A DNA stretch of 64,000 nt from Botryllus schlosseri (taxonomy: Eukaryota), in contig CM119372.1 in NCBI GenBank assembly GCA_051294905.1, forward strand, positions 22,384,001-22,448,000, written 5' to 3'. A program made the translations under genes and the position numbers. Below, piece by piece: positions 1-14,084 of the stretch; position 1 is the stretch's first letter; each line of letters begins with the position of its first letter. Under the pieces are notes generated by a model that ran no database searches, had not been told where the DNA came from, and saw nothing but the letters and a program-made list of their open reading frames with translations.

Positions 1-564
1 GCAATTCGAGACCAAATTTTTATACTTGATACTTGAACATGCCAAATTTGAGCATCGAAACATTAGAACATTCTAGTTTTCAACAGAAGTAGTGCTACCT
101 TTTGGAGTACTCGAGCAGATTTTGCTTACGTTCTCATTTTATGCAGATGTCTATATATTTTTAGACTACTTCCAAATCTACTTGATAGTTTTTGTAGCTG
201 ATCTTCAAGGCAAGTCAAAACTACATCAATTAGAACAAGAATACGAAAGGTAAAAGAAGTGCTCAGGTAAGTAGCTCAAGTAGCAGTGTATGATTTTAGG
301 GGCCAGTCAGAGGTGAGACACTTTCAAAATTACAAGACTCGTCCATGCAACTAACGCAAAATGTATGACGACACTCCCTACAATAGTGATACATTTGCTA
401 ATTCGTCTGGTTGATATGACGACGGCGCTGACAAAAGCTATGCATCGATAATGCACGAGGCAAGGCCTATTCGGATACTGCAAAAAAGCACAAAGTTGCC
501 ACCGACTTTACGCCCAGATAGCACAGGCACACTTGACAAGGGTCTACAATCTTACTCAACTCAC

Positions 565-3500
565 CAACGAAGAAGGTTTAGCGAGACCGTCTCTCTCTTC
601 TTCATCGCCCATCCCAGAGATTAGATCGACGACAACCTGAAGATTTTCCGAGCTCGTGTCGACGTCCGGCATTAAACCGCAGAGTTCACCCAGGTTCAAA
701 AGCTGAACGAAACTTGCGCACTCGACACTGTGACTCCGGGTGAGCGTTGTGGGGTTGAAGAGGTTCCTAACCCCATATACTTGGTCATCGACACTTTCCA
801 ATTAGGATCAATACATAAAGTTTTTTATATTTATAACAACATGATAAGTGACAATTTCCTATGGAGGAACTACGAAGGACTATGAAGTTTTAAGCGCATA
901 TCGCACGATAACGAAGTACGGTGATTTAGAAGAGAAATTGCTTGTACGCTTGATTTCACTGATTGTGATTCTCCTAGAATTCTTACAAGTGTGAATCTGT
1001 CATAGCGTACATAATGTATATCAGGATGCCAACAAATTAGATCAACACAAAAATGTGTAATGTGCAACGAATCAAATATGTTTTATCGAGGGGGTTCGTA
1101 GCGCCTACATCGACTGTATAACATGCTGTCCAGTGGTGAGATGACACTTGTGAAGCTGATAAAAACAACCGAAGTAAATCTGAGCACATTAATCAAGGCA
1201 CAAGAATGGATGAGTGATAAGTTTGTGCCATAATTTGGAAAGAAATCGAAACCGACAATGGCAATGCATTGCAAAATATTGTGGCAGTCTGCACGTTTGA
1301 GACTAGCACCGTAACACCGCCATGATGTATAGTGGGAAGCAAAGGCATTGGCATAATCAGTTATTGAATCCTGGGTGGCGTATAGTATTTCAAATCACCT
1401 TTGATCTTGCCAGATTCCACAAGTTGGCTATTTCCAGTTGCAAGTCATTATTGGACATGTTCATACCGCCCTCCAATCCTCCATTCCAAACGCCATTGTC
1501 GTACTTGCTCTTCAATCTCTCCAGACTTTGTGTTATCTCCATGCAATTCATGAACACCCAACAGTCTTTGGCGCCGGGCGGCATATCAATCTGCAATTTA
1601 ACGTTGACGGTCATAGTCCGGCGCTTATGAGAACAATTTTCAGCGGCCTGCAGAGAGTCTTCTATCTTCCATGATAATGTGGCCGGCGACCACGAAACTA
1701 CTTGCTCTGTACGGGTTAATATACAAATGCCAGCAAACATTTTCAACCATAAAAATGAACAGATAAAGCTGCATTCCAATACAACTGATGCTAAGGTTGA
1801 GTCTTTACCAAGGGTTTCTACGTCCAGAGTTCATAGAACTTGTCAACAACTTTGATCGACCACAGATCTCATTGACTTCAACAGCTATTGAAGTACATTT
1901 CAACTTAAAATTCACATTATATACGATTTATTCCTTGTACGGGTGGATAAATAAACGATTACTGTATCGATTTAGGAATCCGACCCACCCCTGGATTAAG
2001 GCAAAGGTACTTTCATACGCAAGTAGTGTTAATGGGCACTGGCAGTCTTGGGTGGTAAAAATGGTCATGGTTACTCAAACAGCAGAAATTTTGTAAATTT
2101 CTTCTCAATTACAAGTAGAAGTAGTGAATTCCAAGATATGCTAAAACAACTTGCAGACTTGGCTACATTCAAAAATGCACAGTGAATCTGCGCAGCCACC
2201 ACAAAATAACGGCACTATAAATAGATGCAAAATACTTGGTTAACGCAATGATAGGCCTACAGGAGCTATTTCACTCTGTTCCTACGACGATCTTTGTTTG
2301 GCACCAGCCATTGCCAAGCCTAAAGAAAATCACGGTATTTGCAGCGAAAATACTTTCACCATGGTCCTATTGCGTTCAGAACGAACTTCAGATAGTTGCC
2401 AGAAATTTTAGGTTGTGATCAGATGATAGTATGCAGAAATATCACAGAGTCAAGCAATGACGCATTGTCACTCATACACCACAGAGATTGATGAAGTGCG
2501 ATAGGAACCCTCGTGAAAATCTTTTTACTGCAGTTCGAATACGGCGTCTTTCAGAGGAAAATGGCTGATGCAAAACCATAAAAAGTTTGGGAAGCCCTGT
2601 TCTAGACTCTGCGTTTGAGATTTCGCAATGCGAATTCTTGCCAAACTTGGTTGATTTACCAGAAACAAAACATTTGTCTCGCCTCCAATATATCAAGCTC
2701 CAGCGTCGAAGAATGCAGGAAGGTGTGCATCAGCTCCGTGATCTTCCTCGCGTCTCCGATTGCGGACAGTAAGTGAAAATGACGAGAGAACAAGTAGTTC
2801 CTGACGTCGATCAAACTCGCGGTGCCGTCGACGAGACGATGCCTCGATTCCCCGTCGATGCGTCTCCAAAGCGAGAGAGAACGCCAGCGCGTCACGGGCT
2901 TCATGAACGAGGACAGCCAATGGGCGACATCTGGCATAGAGAACGCACGACTTGGAGGGAGACTTTAGTTTCACACAACCTAAATACTTAATCAAACAGA
3001 ATGATGGTGATAATGATACAAAAATATAAGCAAACACAGTATTGTGTATCGAATAGAAATGATTGATATCAAATTAGAGCAGGAGTGGGCAAACTACGGC
3101 CCGGCCCAACACCGTTCAGTGCGGCCCGCGAGAGTCCAAAGAAATTTATTGAAAATATTGATAAAATGAGTACTAAATATCGAATTAATGCAGGAGGCAC
3201 GCATCTGAAGGAGGTCGCGAAGCTGAGCGCAACTGAGAATTTTTTTCGCGCTCCGCGCGAGTTACACCCAAATCCTTATTATTGATCTGTATTTATAGTA
3301 TGAATTTCATATCTAAAAATCTCTCATCCACAGTCGTAACCTTCCATGCCATCAAACTATCCGTTAGGTTTGCTAGCATCCTGCATGGCTGCGTTTTGTG
3401 ATATGACGATAAGGGGGTGCGAAATCTTTCACCATCATAATGGGGGGGGGGGGGGGGGTGGGGCATGTCTTGGAAAAGTTTGAGAACCACTGTTCCAAGG

Positions 3501-6500
3501 TAAATACTTCCTACGATGTTTTTATGTTTAATTTCTGGTGCGACCATCTCAAGGCCCACGTAGTTTGAAAGGTTTCAACTGCTAAACATCACAGATATCC
3601 TAAACGAGATTGACATAATTCGAATCAGGAGTGTGATTTTAGAATGGCCATTCCAGTTTCAATTATTCTAGTGGTGTGCTTATAAAAAACGATTCGCGCG
3701 TGTCTTAGGTATATTCGATCTCATGCGTAGAATTATGGTATTTATATTTTATCTACAAATAGTAGAAGCGTGTTTAAAGCTATCATGGTTATGATGCTGT
3801 CAGCAATGTGTCTCCTGGAACTGAACCAAAAGCGGAATTAGTAAATCTATGAAGCGATCGCTGCTCACAGATTTAAATTTCAATCCTGTTCTAAGAATCG
3901 GGACAACCGACTTTCATCTCTATAGTTGTGACAAATTGGTCATTGATGTCGACCAGCCTATAAAATCTCGCCACTTTTCCTGACGCGTTTACGATATCAC
4001 CAAAGCAATGTTTGATTTGTTTTAAATAAGCATATATATTATCTCCATGTCCTCACTATAGTAAAGTACCAATATTGCATTTTGGTTTATAATCCCGATT
4101 TTATATAGTGCGGTCCGCGAATGGATTCAGATGTTGAATGCGGCCCGCGAGCCCAAAAGTTTGCCCACCCCTGAGTTAGAGGTTAACTAGTCTGGCCCCA
4201 CTACTATCAAACAAGTATACTTTCTATACACGAATTGGTTGCGAAAACTGTAAATAAATGAATAGATCACATATAAGGACTGGTTTGTATGAAATCTTAT
4301 TAAAAAAAATAACAGTAATACTATATAACTCATAGCAGCAATACATATAAAATTAGAAAGAAAGTCTAAGTATCAAAGTATGGAAACAGTGTGACTATAA
4401 GAGATAATCGAGTAAATCTTTTTCAAATCCATGATACAACAATTCCCTGATACTGCGGTAGTGAATTCCAAATCATGGGTCTTGAGTAGGCAATAGACCT
4501 CTTAGTTGAGTAACAATTAGGCTGGAGTCGGTAGATATTGCAATTTGACGAAAATCTTCCATCTTGATAGTGAACATCTTCAGCATGTATAAAAAAATCA
4601 TCAAACACATTGAGCAAACTCTTTGAACAATATTTGTGTACGAGTATAGTATAACGTTTGACACTCAGTATGACAATCTAGTGCGGAGAGCTAGAGATGA
4701 AATCAACTGTATCGCACGATCTTGCAGGACTCGAATCGCCCACAAAAATGTCACACACTATGATTCCATATTGCAAGTACTAGTTACCTCCGACGTGTGC
4801 GTTTAGAAGGTATTGCGTGAACATTGCGTCCAGTTCGTCGTATTGAATCAAGGCCACTTCGTGTAGCGAAAGCATTTCGTAAACGAACGCCAATTCCTCC
4901 TGAACGAAAGAAGGTAAATGGTCCCAGTGAAAATTCCTTCACCAGCCCACTAGTAACAATATACATGGAAAATATAACGCGACTAGGGTTATTTCTAATT
5001 GTTTCTGACCTGACACTGAAAGTTTTTTTCATATTTAGACAGTCGCATGTTGTATTGCACAGCTGCCTTAATCACTTCAAACAATGTAGAGTTGCAATAA
5101 CCGAAGAACGGCTTTGTGATGACATTTTCATAGGGTATACACTATACAGTCACAGTAAAGTAGCAGGTACCTTCAATCAATTCAATGCCAGTTGCTATTT
5201 GGTAAAATGGAAGTCAATGATTCATATTTCCCATCACCCAGTAATATATATGAGCAACACTGAAACTGAGTATGCAACTACACAGGCCAAAACGATACTG
5301 GTATCATGTCAACTTCGCATTGCAATGTTGCATAGAGCATCCAATATCGTATACTTGAGATTCGCTATCTGGTCAACAACTTCCCCCTAACAATATAACA
5401 CTGTGCAAAATAAACCATTATCCCTACCATATCACATAACTGTGTGTGTGTGTATGTATAACAATGTAGCCTACAGTTCTGAGTGGACATCTGGTCAAGT
5501 AGTAATCCAATATAATCAAGATGCAACATGTAAGTATAACACCATGGAATGAGATGTATCATGGGTAATTGGGTATCATATCTAAAAATTCGAGCGATAT
5601 GGTTTGTACTGGCATATCGAAGTTGTCTTGAAATGCAATTTAGATAACATTCAAGACAGTGTCACTGGAATATTGTATCCTACTACTTAGGGACAATTTG
5701 TCATCAACTCTCAAACATAATTGAATGTTTACTGCCATTTTAACAACACCATGAGCCTATTTTTGCAGATCCTTCCTTATTCAATCAAGATGACTGCATC
5801 AGATAGTAACAATGAGATGTTATCCTTAGTGCAGCACCGTTTAGCACACACATGATGGATTGGATAAGTTACAGTTATTATGACTCATTATATTGCACCC
5901 CGCAGTGACCACAGTCACTTTGATATAGATGACACATTCAGTTGCCAAAGAGAACATCCAAGTATACGCTTGATTGCAAGTCTGCCACATGATTACGTCG
6001 GGACAGCAAATCATACCGAACCAATGCTGGTTATAATGCACGCTGCACGCATGCTGAACTGCAGACTGCTGGTTCTGGTGGCTAGGCGGAACACATGCTT
6101 GCAAAACGGGGATTACAGATCACATTGCTAGTACTTGTAATATAAAGTAGCTGCAGAAATTCCATGATTTGTCATTGCGCCGTTCTCTCTCAGTCCTGAC
6201 ACGGTCTTCGTATTTTGTGACTGCTTGCTCCAGCGACGAGATGGTTAAAGTTGCAAGCTTTGAAGCGAGTGACACCCACGAATCAGCGGTCTTTGATGAC
6301 TCTTTCAGGGGATCGTGCAAGATGACAATTCTGTATGGAGTTGAAAAAATTAAATTAGACTATATCGAGGAAGGTTGGTGTTTGCAACATATATGGCACC
6401 AACATTGAGAAACAGTATTTAATGAACGTATAACGCCCAGCCTATTGTCATCTTTATCTAGCATCTCATCTTAAAGTTATTCTGGAATAGTGGTTATGCA

Positions 6501-8702
6501 TATCATAGGAGAGAATGGATGTTGTGGCGAGGTTTTAATTCCTTCATTGGGAGACGTTAGAAAAAAATCAGAAATTTCATTAGGCTATTGGCAATTGGAA
6601 TGAGTTAGGACAGCAGGATATTTTATATCAGACGACTATTCTAATGATGTGAGTCCTGAAGTTTCAGCAATTACGAAACAGAACTGTCTCATGCTTTCCC
6701 TAGTAAAAAAGAATAAAAATTAGATTGAAGAGCTTCTTGCAGGTACAGAACTTCAGTATACAATTGAATAGTATATTCATATTGAAATGAAACCCGAATA
6801 TTTTGGGCTGACACTCGATTACCCCTGAACAAATTTTGCCATGGCATTGTGAATAACAGTGGGTGAAATCTATAATCAATTATTCTTCATTCATACTGAA
6901 CGACATTTTTGATAAACAGTAGTCTAGACAGACTTAATCGTCTGATCAATATTAAATGTACATACGCACGGTTCTCACTTTGAGAAAAGCTGAAATCTTG
7001 TAGGCTAGGCCTACAGTAGAAATTAGGGTTTAGTAATTAGGCCCCACTTACTTTTCCGGGCTCTTAGAACAGAAATCTGTCTTGATCTTATCCGCCACAG
7101 GGATCCTGACCAAGGGTATCTTGGGTTTGCTCAGTTTTGAAGAACCATCACCCATCACAACGACAATCATCCAATTGGAAATTTCAAGCGCTTTCAACTG
7201 GTCCAGCCAGGTTGAGATTTCCGTCCTCACCCATTGTCGATACATATCAATGTCCTGAATAAACATGATTGGCAGTTCAATCACAGTATATTTACAATTC
7301 TAGATTCATAACAGCGGCTCAGAGTTCGTAATCCAAGTTCTTTATTAGGCCTACTCTGATTTAAATCAGAAATTAATGATGAACACGCCCACATAAATGG
7401 ACGCTGTAATTTCATTTCGAATTGATAACTTATTAAACATTGTCAAAGAGCTCAACACAGTAGACTCGATAATGCTACTCAAATCTAAGCAGGAGCAACA
7501 CTGATAATTTTGAACCCATTCTACACAATCTTGATACTGGGACCACATTAACTATCAGCTGCGGCAGTTTCGGTCACGAAAATGATGCAAAAATATGCAC
7601 AAAGAAACTACTATCTAAAAATTTGAAATGTTGGAACTCAGCAAAGAGTTTCAAAGAGGCCAAAGTTGATATGAATGTTGTATCACAATTGAACCTCACA
7701 GGTAAGTGTCCAAGCGGAGGTGATTTATAGGAGTATTAAAAAAAACAGACACTAAATTATTACTGACCAACTGAATAATAGTCGGGTACATACATTACAT
7801 TCTGTCCAAAACAGATGGTAGTAAGGCCTGGTAACAAGATCAGTTCTGTTGAGCAACGCGTTCGTCAATGGTAGAAACTTTATATCGAGAGACAACGTGT
7901 GCGGAGATCTTCCGTATGACCGTATCCATTGGACCGGTTGGTTTTGTAGAACTTTCCGCAAGTGTGTGATCAACGTGAGGAATAGGCTTTCATCAAAGCT
8001 TTCGTCAGCGGAATCTGAAAAACACACGAGTTGAGGGCTTCATAGTAAAAATTTTCAACCAAAGCGGCAACAACAGATGATTCAGTAGGAAGTTCGGTCG
8101 TTCCTTCTTTATTAGCAAGACCCAAATTCGGAAAATTATTGCTATCCATAAAATCTTTCGATCATGCATAAAATTTTAATAGGCCTATATTGATATACAA
8201 AAAGTCGTGTTATGAAATTTTCTAAGACCAGATCAGAAAGTTTAGACATGTTTTTATAATTTGACTTTTAACCAAGGAAATCTCTCAAAACAACAGGGCA
8301 ACTTTGGGTTATAAGCCATTGATTTGGTTGCATGATACCAAGCATACATGAATAAAGAATACATGAAAAATTACGAAAATTAAAAACAATTAAAAGATAC
8401 CGTCTCTCCAAAATCGAGACAATAAATATATGTTCAGGATTTGTTATAAATAGATATATAACTCATCTGAACAGCGCATTGCCCTTACTATTGACATTTT
8501 ATATTCTTAACATACGTGCAAATGTCACACTAAACAAGGTGAGGTCTGAGGTTCGTCGTGCATACATGTCATCAAGCAGTAAGCACAGGCTGCACAGCGA
8601 CAGCTGCATAGGATGAGTAGCTTATGCAGTACAAGCATACGGCGAATACATTCAAAACAATTCGACTGTATACTTACAAGTTACTGTTGGCTTATATTCC
8701 AT
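565..8702 (-). CDS. TRAPPC10: Trafficking protein particle complex subunit 10 (TRAPP II, Trs130 homologue), 5' portion; gene continues beyond window start
   Basis: Phase-consistent exons (minus): 8702-8678 (MEYKPTVT), 8014-7794 (..WIRSYGRSPHTL..YYHLFWTECN), 7254-7052 (DIDMYRQWVRTEISTW..DKIKTDFCSK), 6330-6135 (IVILHDPLKESSKTADSW..WNFCSYFILQ), 4899-4788 (EELAFVYEMLSLHEVALIQYDELDAMFTQY), 2930-2683 (WLSSF..SLIDVRNYLFSRH..ELDILE), 1590-1399 (IDMPPGAKDCWVFMNCMEI), 702-565 (LLNLGELCGLMP..VVDLISGMG). These match my recollection of vertebrate TRAPPC10 motifs (WRRSYGR, EELAFVFEML..VQYDELDALF, LRSYLFSRQ, PPGALDCWVF, LGYLCGL). Confidence 0.95.
3080..4173. mobile_element. hAT (Charlie/Buster-like) non-autonomous element in a TRAPPC10 intron; contains a fragment of the ~300-bp MITE family
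   Basis: TIRs CAGGAGTGGGCAAACT / AGTTTGCCCACCCCTG; subterminal GCGGCCCGCG motifs; 8-bp TSD aattagag/agttagag (7/8). Confidence 0.85.
4423..4660 (-). mobile_element. Degenerate 3' end of a CR1/L2-group LINE ORF2
   Basis: Minus frame reads ..STKRSIAYSRPMIWNSLPQ, resembling the RSxxYxGPxxWNSLP motif at the C-terminus of L2/CR1-group ORF2. Confidence 0.55.
6726..6828. mobile_element. Internally deleted copy of the Penelope-like palindromic element at 19356-19639
   Basis: tgaagagcttcttgcaggtacagaacttc...cccgaatattttgggctgacactc matches 19356-19445, then jumps directly to the right-arm sequence gattacccctga. Confidence 0.75.
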
Positions 8703-10132
8703 CGCGATGGGAAAGGTTGGATTGGAAAGCCTGACGAAGTCAAATACGATAATGAGCGTATCGGTACGGAGGGACAGATAGAGAGCAACAGCGCAATGCC
8801 CGATTTTCGTCAAGAAATTATGTCTTCAAGAGAAATTGTCTGATGTCCACATTACGATATCACATAGAACCGTAAAATCGAATCAGCCCATAGTACCGTC
8901 GGTATACCACATGAATGTAAACAACTGGATGACAGCGGCTTGCACACACAGCTGCATAAAATAGAAATAAACCTGTCCACCGAAACAAGAACTGTAAACA
9001 GAGATGATGGGAGTCGGAACCGGTGGCACATTGCCGGAGCCGGATGTCCACATCGCCGCTGAGTAGACAGGAGGACAGAGGGGTAGTAGATGCACGGATC
9101 ATGGTTTCTCGGGATCCTGATCCAACACGAATTCTGTTTCCATCGTAAATGTTAAAATGCGGATCCAAAAATATCCTGCATGAGGTTGAGCAATTGAGTA
9201 TATATTGCCGCTGTCGTCGATATTTTTCTAATTACTCCTTGGAAATGCATTGAAGGATTTTTCGAAATTATGGTGCAATGCTGAAGCCAGCTGAGTATAA
9301 GTTCATACAGAACACCGAAGTAAACAAACAGAAAATCACTTTCATACACTATGACTAGAAATTTAGATGTCTGCACTGATCCGGATCCGGCAGCCGCTTA
9401 TATAGCTGCACGCTGCACGCACACTGCACAGTGCACATTATGTTGTAGTTGACAGAGATTATCATGGATTAGGATTCGGGAAAACCGGGTTTGTGTACAT
9501 GTCTAACGCCAGGTACCCAAATCGCATCCAGAGAATCCTGCTGTCAAAGGATACCATCACCATCATCATTATTGTTGCATAAATGGTATCTGAAGAATCA
9601 CTCGATGTCTAGCTATATCTAAGGACAGTATAGTTAATATCTGTAGTCTTTCAAATCTCTACACATGTTTGGCAGACACCCACTTCCCGACCGAGGGTCG
9701 TGCTTAGATTCGATCGCTGGCGCTATTGCATTGCAAGTTGTTATTTATGGATTCCCATATACGTATTATCAGATCACTAGGCTACTCAAGGTTCAGTGTG
9801 TTTAGCCTACCAGGCCCAGCACCGTGACTGCCGCATCCCAAACCCCCCAATTGGGGGGGCCCGAGCTCGAAGGGAGCCCAAAATTATTTCGTGAATTAGC
9901 ATAAATCATAGAGTATTTTTTTGAAAATTTATGCAATCTTTTCAATTTTTTTTCGCGCTGCGCGCGAATTCAAGGGGCCAAGGCCATTTATCTTTATTAT
10001 TGGGTATTGGGCCCTTACCGCGCCACGACCCACCAAGACATAGAATCACGTTTTAGGCCATATAACATGCGACTCCAAGAAGTGCGCCAGAACGATCGGC
10101 AGCGAGAAAACCTTGGCCGAAAAGGTCTATGC

Positions 10133-11390
10133 CAGTGCTTTTCAAGCTGTGTGACGGTTCGCACTGGTGCGAACGAAAAAAATTGCAGTGCGAATGACGA
10201 AGGTGGTGCGAACGGTGCGAATGAAAAATCCGGAAGAGTGCGAATGAAAATAGTTAATAATTGTTCATTTTTCTGACGTGGAATAATTTAAATAAACCTA
10301 ATAGAAAATGCATGGACCGTGTTACTGTTGTAGTTGAGACGCAATTGTAGAAAAATGTTTAATTTGATGCACCACTAATCGTAGCCCTCACAAGCCGTAA
10401 TGAATTAGAGCTTTCGCATTATAATTATTACGTAATCAAAAGCCTGGTTTAGAAGCTGGTGTACTTGCAGACATACAGTTATATTTGTTGAATTTATTGC
10501 AAAGATCCTGTCATAGTTTTTACATATCCAAGGGCACTGTGTTGGGTATACTGTAGTCAATAAGCGAGACACGCAGAAAATATGGCTTGACCATAAGATT
10601 AAGCGGACATTTGGTTTGAATTCATGATAAGATTTGTCCGATTTTTTCTTCTTCTGGAAAACATGGACGAAGACCGTTGGGATGAAATAGTGCAGGGGTG
10701 TGCAACAAGCGAGTTTAGGCCTATGAGATTCATTCATTTTGAGGCCAACACCTTTTGCGTCGGATAACATGAAAGCGTGAAGTTTTGGCCAACATACCGC
10801 TGATGAAATGCGGAGCCGCTGATAAAATACGGTGCCCAAAACATCTGCGGCGACAAAACCTTGGCCAAAAAACACCGTCGCTGGATGGCCAAACCTTTCG
10901 ATATGGATATGCTCCGTTGTCGGCACGGAATAGTCCCGTTCTTGCAATCTGAGTAGACAGTAGTACAAATGCGACACGCAGAGAAATTTCCTTCACCATA
11001 ATTTGAAATCCCGTGCGTCAGACATATTTTACAGAGCTGTGTTTGGTAGAATTGTGGTGCGCGCGTTCTGTATGTCATACGTGCTCGTAAAATCGAAGCA
11101 TACTACTCTAATACTAAAAATTAATTCCTTTTCATAGGTGAGGCTCGGGTTGCGAGTCGCCACAAAAATTCAGATTTTTGTGAGATAGTTGAAATCAAAA
11201 CAAGTGAAAAGAGTTGCCTTAATGAGACACTTAACGGCGTAACAGCTATATGGTATGTTGCACATCTGAATAGAATATTCTTATGCATCTTCATCTTCTT
11301 TTTGTAGAGCAATTTTCGGTAGGCGTGTGCGAATGAAATTTATTTTTCAAAAAAAGTGCGAATGAAGCTCAAAAAGGTTGAAAAGCACTG
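10133..11390. mobile_element. hAT non-autonomous element, 1258 bp
   Basis: TIRs CAGTGCTTTTCAA / TTGAAAAGCACTG; perfect 8-bp TSD gtctatgc (10125-10132 and 11391-11398); subterminal GTGCGAATGAA repeats at both ends. Confidence 0.92.
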
Positions 11391-11687
11391 GTCTATGCCC
11401 TTATGCTGACCGAAGACTTCGTTATATATACAAAATATACATATAGGTTTAATTGTCCATAGACGCCTAAATGACTGGCGCCGAATGTTCCTATATTTGC
11501 AATCTGAACCTCACAAGACGAATACCATCCCGCTGGGAAAAATTTTATGCCAGTGAAGAAATACCAATTTGAAATCGTGTGCTTCTCTTAATTTAGAAGC
11601 CTACGTTTGGGCGATTCTATATTTTTTGATATAGCAGACTGGAAGTCACGAAATAACATCATGTAACGAAGTCATATGTACGGGTCC

Positions 11688-12220
11688 GCCCGCCCGAAGA
11701 TGTTTAATTATTATTTATGGGCCCTCCTGTTTTCAAGACACTTCACTCAGCTCTACCGGTAAATCTAATTACGTGAGTAGAGAGGAAAATATATTGATAG
11801 CATAATTACCATAATATATATGCAATCGCCGATCTGATTGACCGATTTTATCATAAATTATGGAAAATTTTCGCGCTTCACGCTGGCTCACAATACAGTA
11901 GGCTACAGATGATTTCGTGACAAACGCGAACAACGTGATGGAGGGGTCGTTTCATCACCCTATGGGAGCCCAAGACCCACGTTTTTGGGGGCCTGACGAG
12001 GTGCTGTTTCGTTCCTGCCAACGGGTATGCGCCCGAAGTTGTTTAATTATTATTGAGTTGTCCTACCTTTTCAAACACACCTCACTCAGCTCTACCGGAA
12101 AATCTGATTACGTGAGCAGAGAGAAGATAAAAATTGATAACAATATATATGCAATTCCCGATCAGACTGCCCGATTCAGTCATGAATTCTATAATTTTCC
12201 CGCGCTTCGCGCGCTTGGGC
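11688..12220. repeat. Diverged direct repeat, two ~190-bp units (~11688-11885 and ~12030-12220)
   Basis: Both units share gcccgaag..tgtttaattattatt, cactcagctctaccgg.aaatct.attacgtgag.agagag, atatatatgcaat and a terminal ttttcgcgcttc-like motif. Confidence 0.7.
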
Positions 12221-14084
12221 GACAAAGGCTGATTCACTAAACAAACTCCCAACGAATATGATAAATTTGGATTTGAATAAAATAATATTTACGGTGACCG
12301 ATTCTTTGTTTATTTATTATAGTTGTGCTCACCAGAAATACTATTTTATTCAAATCAAAATTTTTCGACGGCAATAACTCCGCTTCCATTGGTTGGAATT
12401 GAACCAAATTTGGTGAGGATCGTTTCTATAGACAGCCTAACACTTTCATGGGGTGAACAGAAAATTTTCAAATTTTTTATTGTTTTTTTTATTTAATAAA
12501 TATAAACTATCTTCTCCTGTAGCAAAGCGGTTACCGGCTGGAATTGAACCAAATTTTGTGTGTAGGCTTAAATTAGGTACCCTAACAATTTTATCAAGTA
12601 GCCAGTACGATTTGATAAAAAAAGTCATTTTTGAAGAGCCCTGATGCTCCGAGATTGTTACTGTTTGTCGAAAGTGTTTCTGCGTACGGTAGCAGGCCTG
12701 CATGCGGACGCGCTAAATCAAACCACCGACGATAGTGCACAACTGCACTGCACAAGTGTACAGTCCATATGAGATATTGATGACCCATTTCTCATACAAA
12801 TGATTCTCGCTAATTTGCAATACGCAGCATCGATAATACGAATTAGTGAATTGGTATTTCAAAAGGAGAGGATTTCTAGTTATAAATGACTCTGGCTACG
12901 TACCTGGAGTTTTTATGCCAACAACGCGCTGGTTACTATCAGCCCGGGGCCTACGGCCTGTATACGTAAGCCCCAGGATCAGCCAGTCGAATTTGATCGC
13001 AAAATGGTGCGCTTTTAATTCCCCACGTGTTATTTGCAGAGCAATATGGGCGCATGCCGCGACCACCTAATCAATGGAAACACATATCCCAATGGTTTTA
13101 AATTCGATCCGCGATATGGTTGCGCTCGATAGAGTCAATGAAGTTTATTGAAACATAGAAGGTTCCCGTTCAAACTAATCGAATAAATGCAGAATTTGCG
13201 CCACCGAGAATCTCGTGTTGCATCAATTTTTGACAACGTAATTCAACGCCGTGCACCGCACAATGCGCCGCATTAATAACAAATCAAACACTGACAAGTG
13301 ACATCGAGGGAATACGAGTGTATAAAGCTGACAAGAATTATAGTAGCCTACAGATGATAGCAAACGAGAAAGCCTGCATCTAATCATTAATTCCTCAACT
13401 TGCGTACAGTACAATGGGGTTCCAAGTCTGACATCGCGACAATTGTTTGCTCATTATATCGAAGTTTGAGCTGCATTGTTGCATTTCCCGATAAAAGTTG
13501 GCAAAGCCTTGTTAGAGTAATGAATATGCGCACTTTGCGCAGGAATGACTTTCAGTTCGCAGGCATACACGAACACACTGTGTCCTATTTCGCGCTCCAA
13601 GCCTCCAATTAACGAAACTATCACGGAACTAACACAAGAATTATTTTGTAAACGAATATGGGCGCAAACACAATTTAATTAAGAGAAGGAGAACGTGAAT
13701 CCGCTCGTCTGGTCGAGAGAGAAGATGGTGTTTATCAGCGCAAGCGTGTTGAAATCGACGTTGTAAACGAGATTGCTTCGGTTGTCAGATTAGTGATTAC
13801 TAATCACGGATTAAAATTTATTTGGGGCGTTTTAAGCACTAGTTCGTTGTCGCCAACGAAGCTGCGTATTCAATTATTCGCGCTCCTATCGGTTAATGGT
13901 AATATAGTTAGCATTTACGCGCTATCACGGACTGGCTAATTGAGAGCGCTGATGATTTGAAATCGCAGACGGCTGGCGTTTATTCTTATTGGATGGGGTG
14001 GCCGCCACCCCATAAATTTGACATGGGGTGGCTGCGCCACCCCGCCACCCCGTAACTCGGCGCCTATGCGTACACGTACATTGT

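Noticed and set aside
715..796. HDV-like ribozyme or box C/D snoRNA
   Set aside because: I could not build the P1/P1.1 double pseudoknot, and no terminal CTGA D box pairs with the C-box-like TCGATGA.
4824..5390. 188-aa plus-strand ORF
   Set aside because: Antisense to a TRAPPC10 exon and runs on through intron; no recognisable motifs.
10405..11078. Overlapping minus-strand ORFs (190, 114 and 89 aa)
   Set aside because: Entirely inside a TIR/TSD-bounded hAT element; at most a scrambled transposase remnant.
13945..13970. CTGATGA-TTT-GAAA as a second hammerhead
   Set aside because: No stem II is possible and there is no convincing stem I/III pairing or NUH site.
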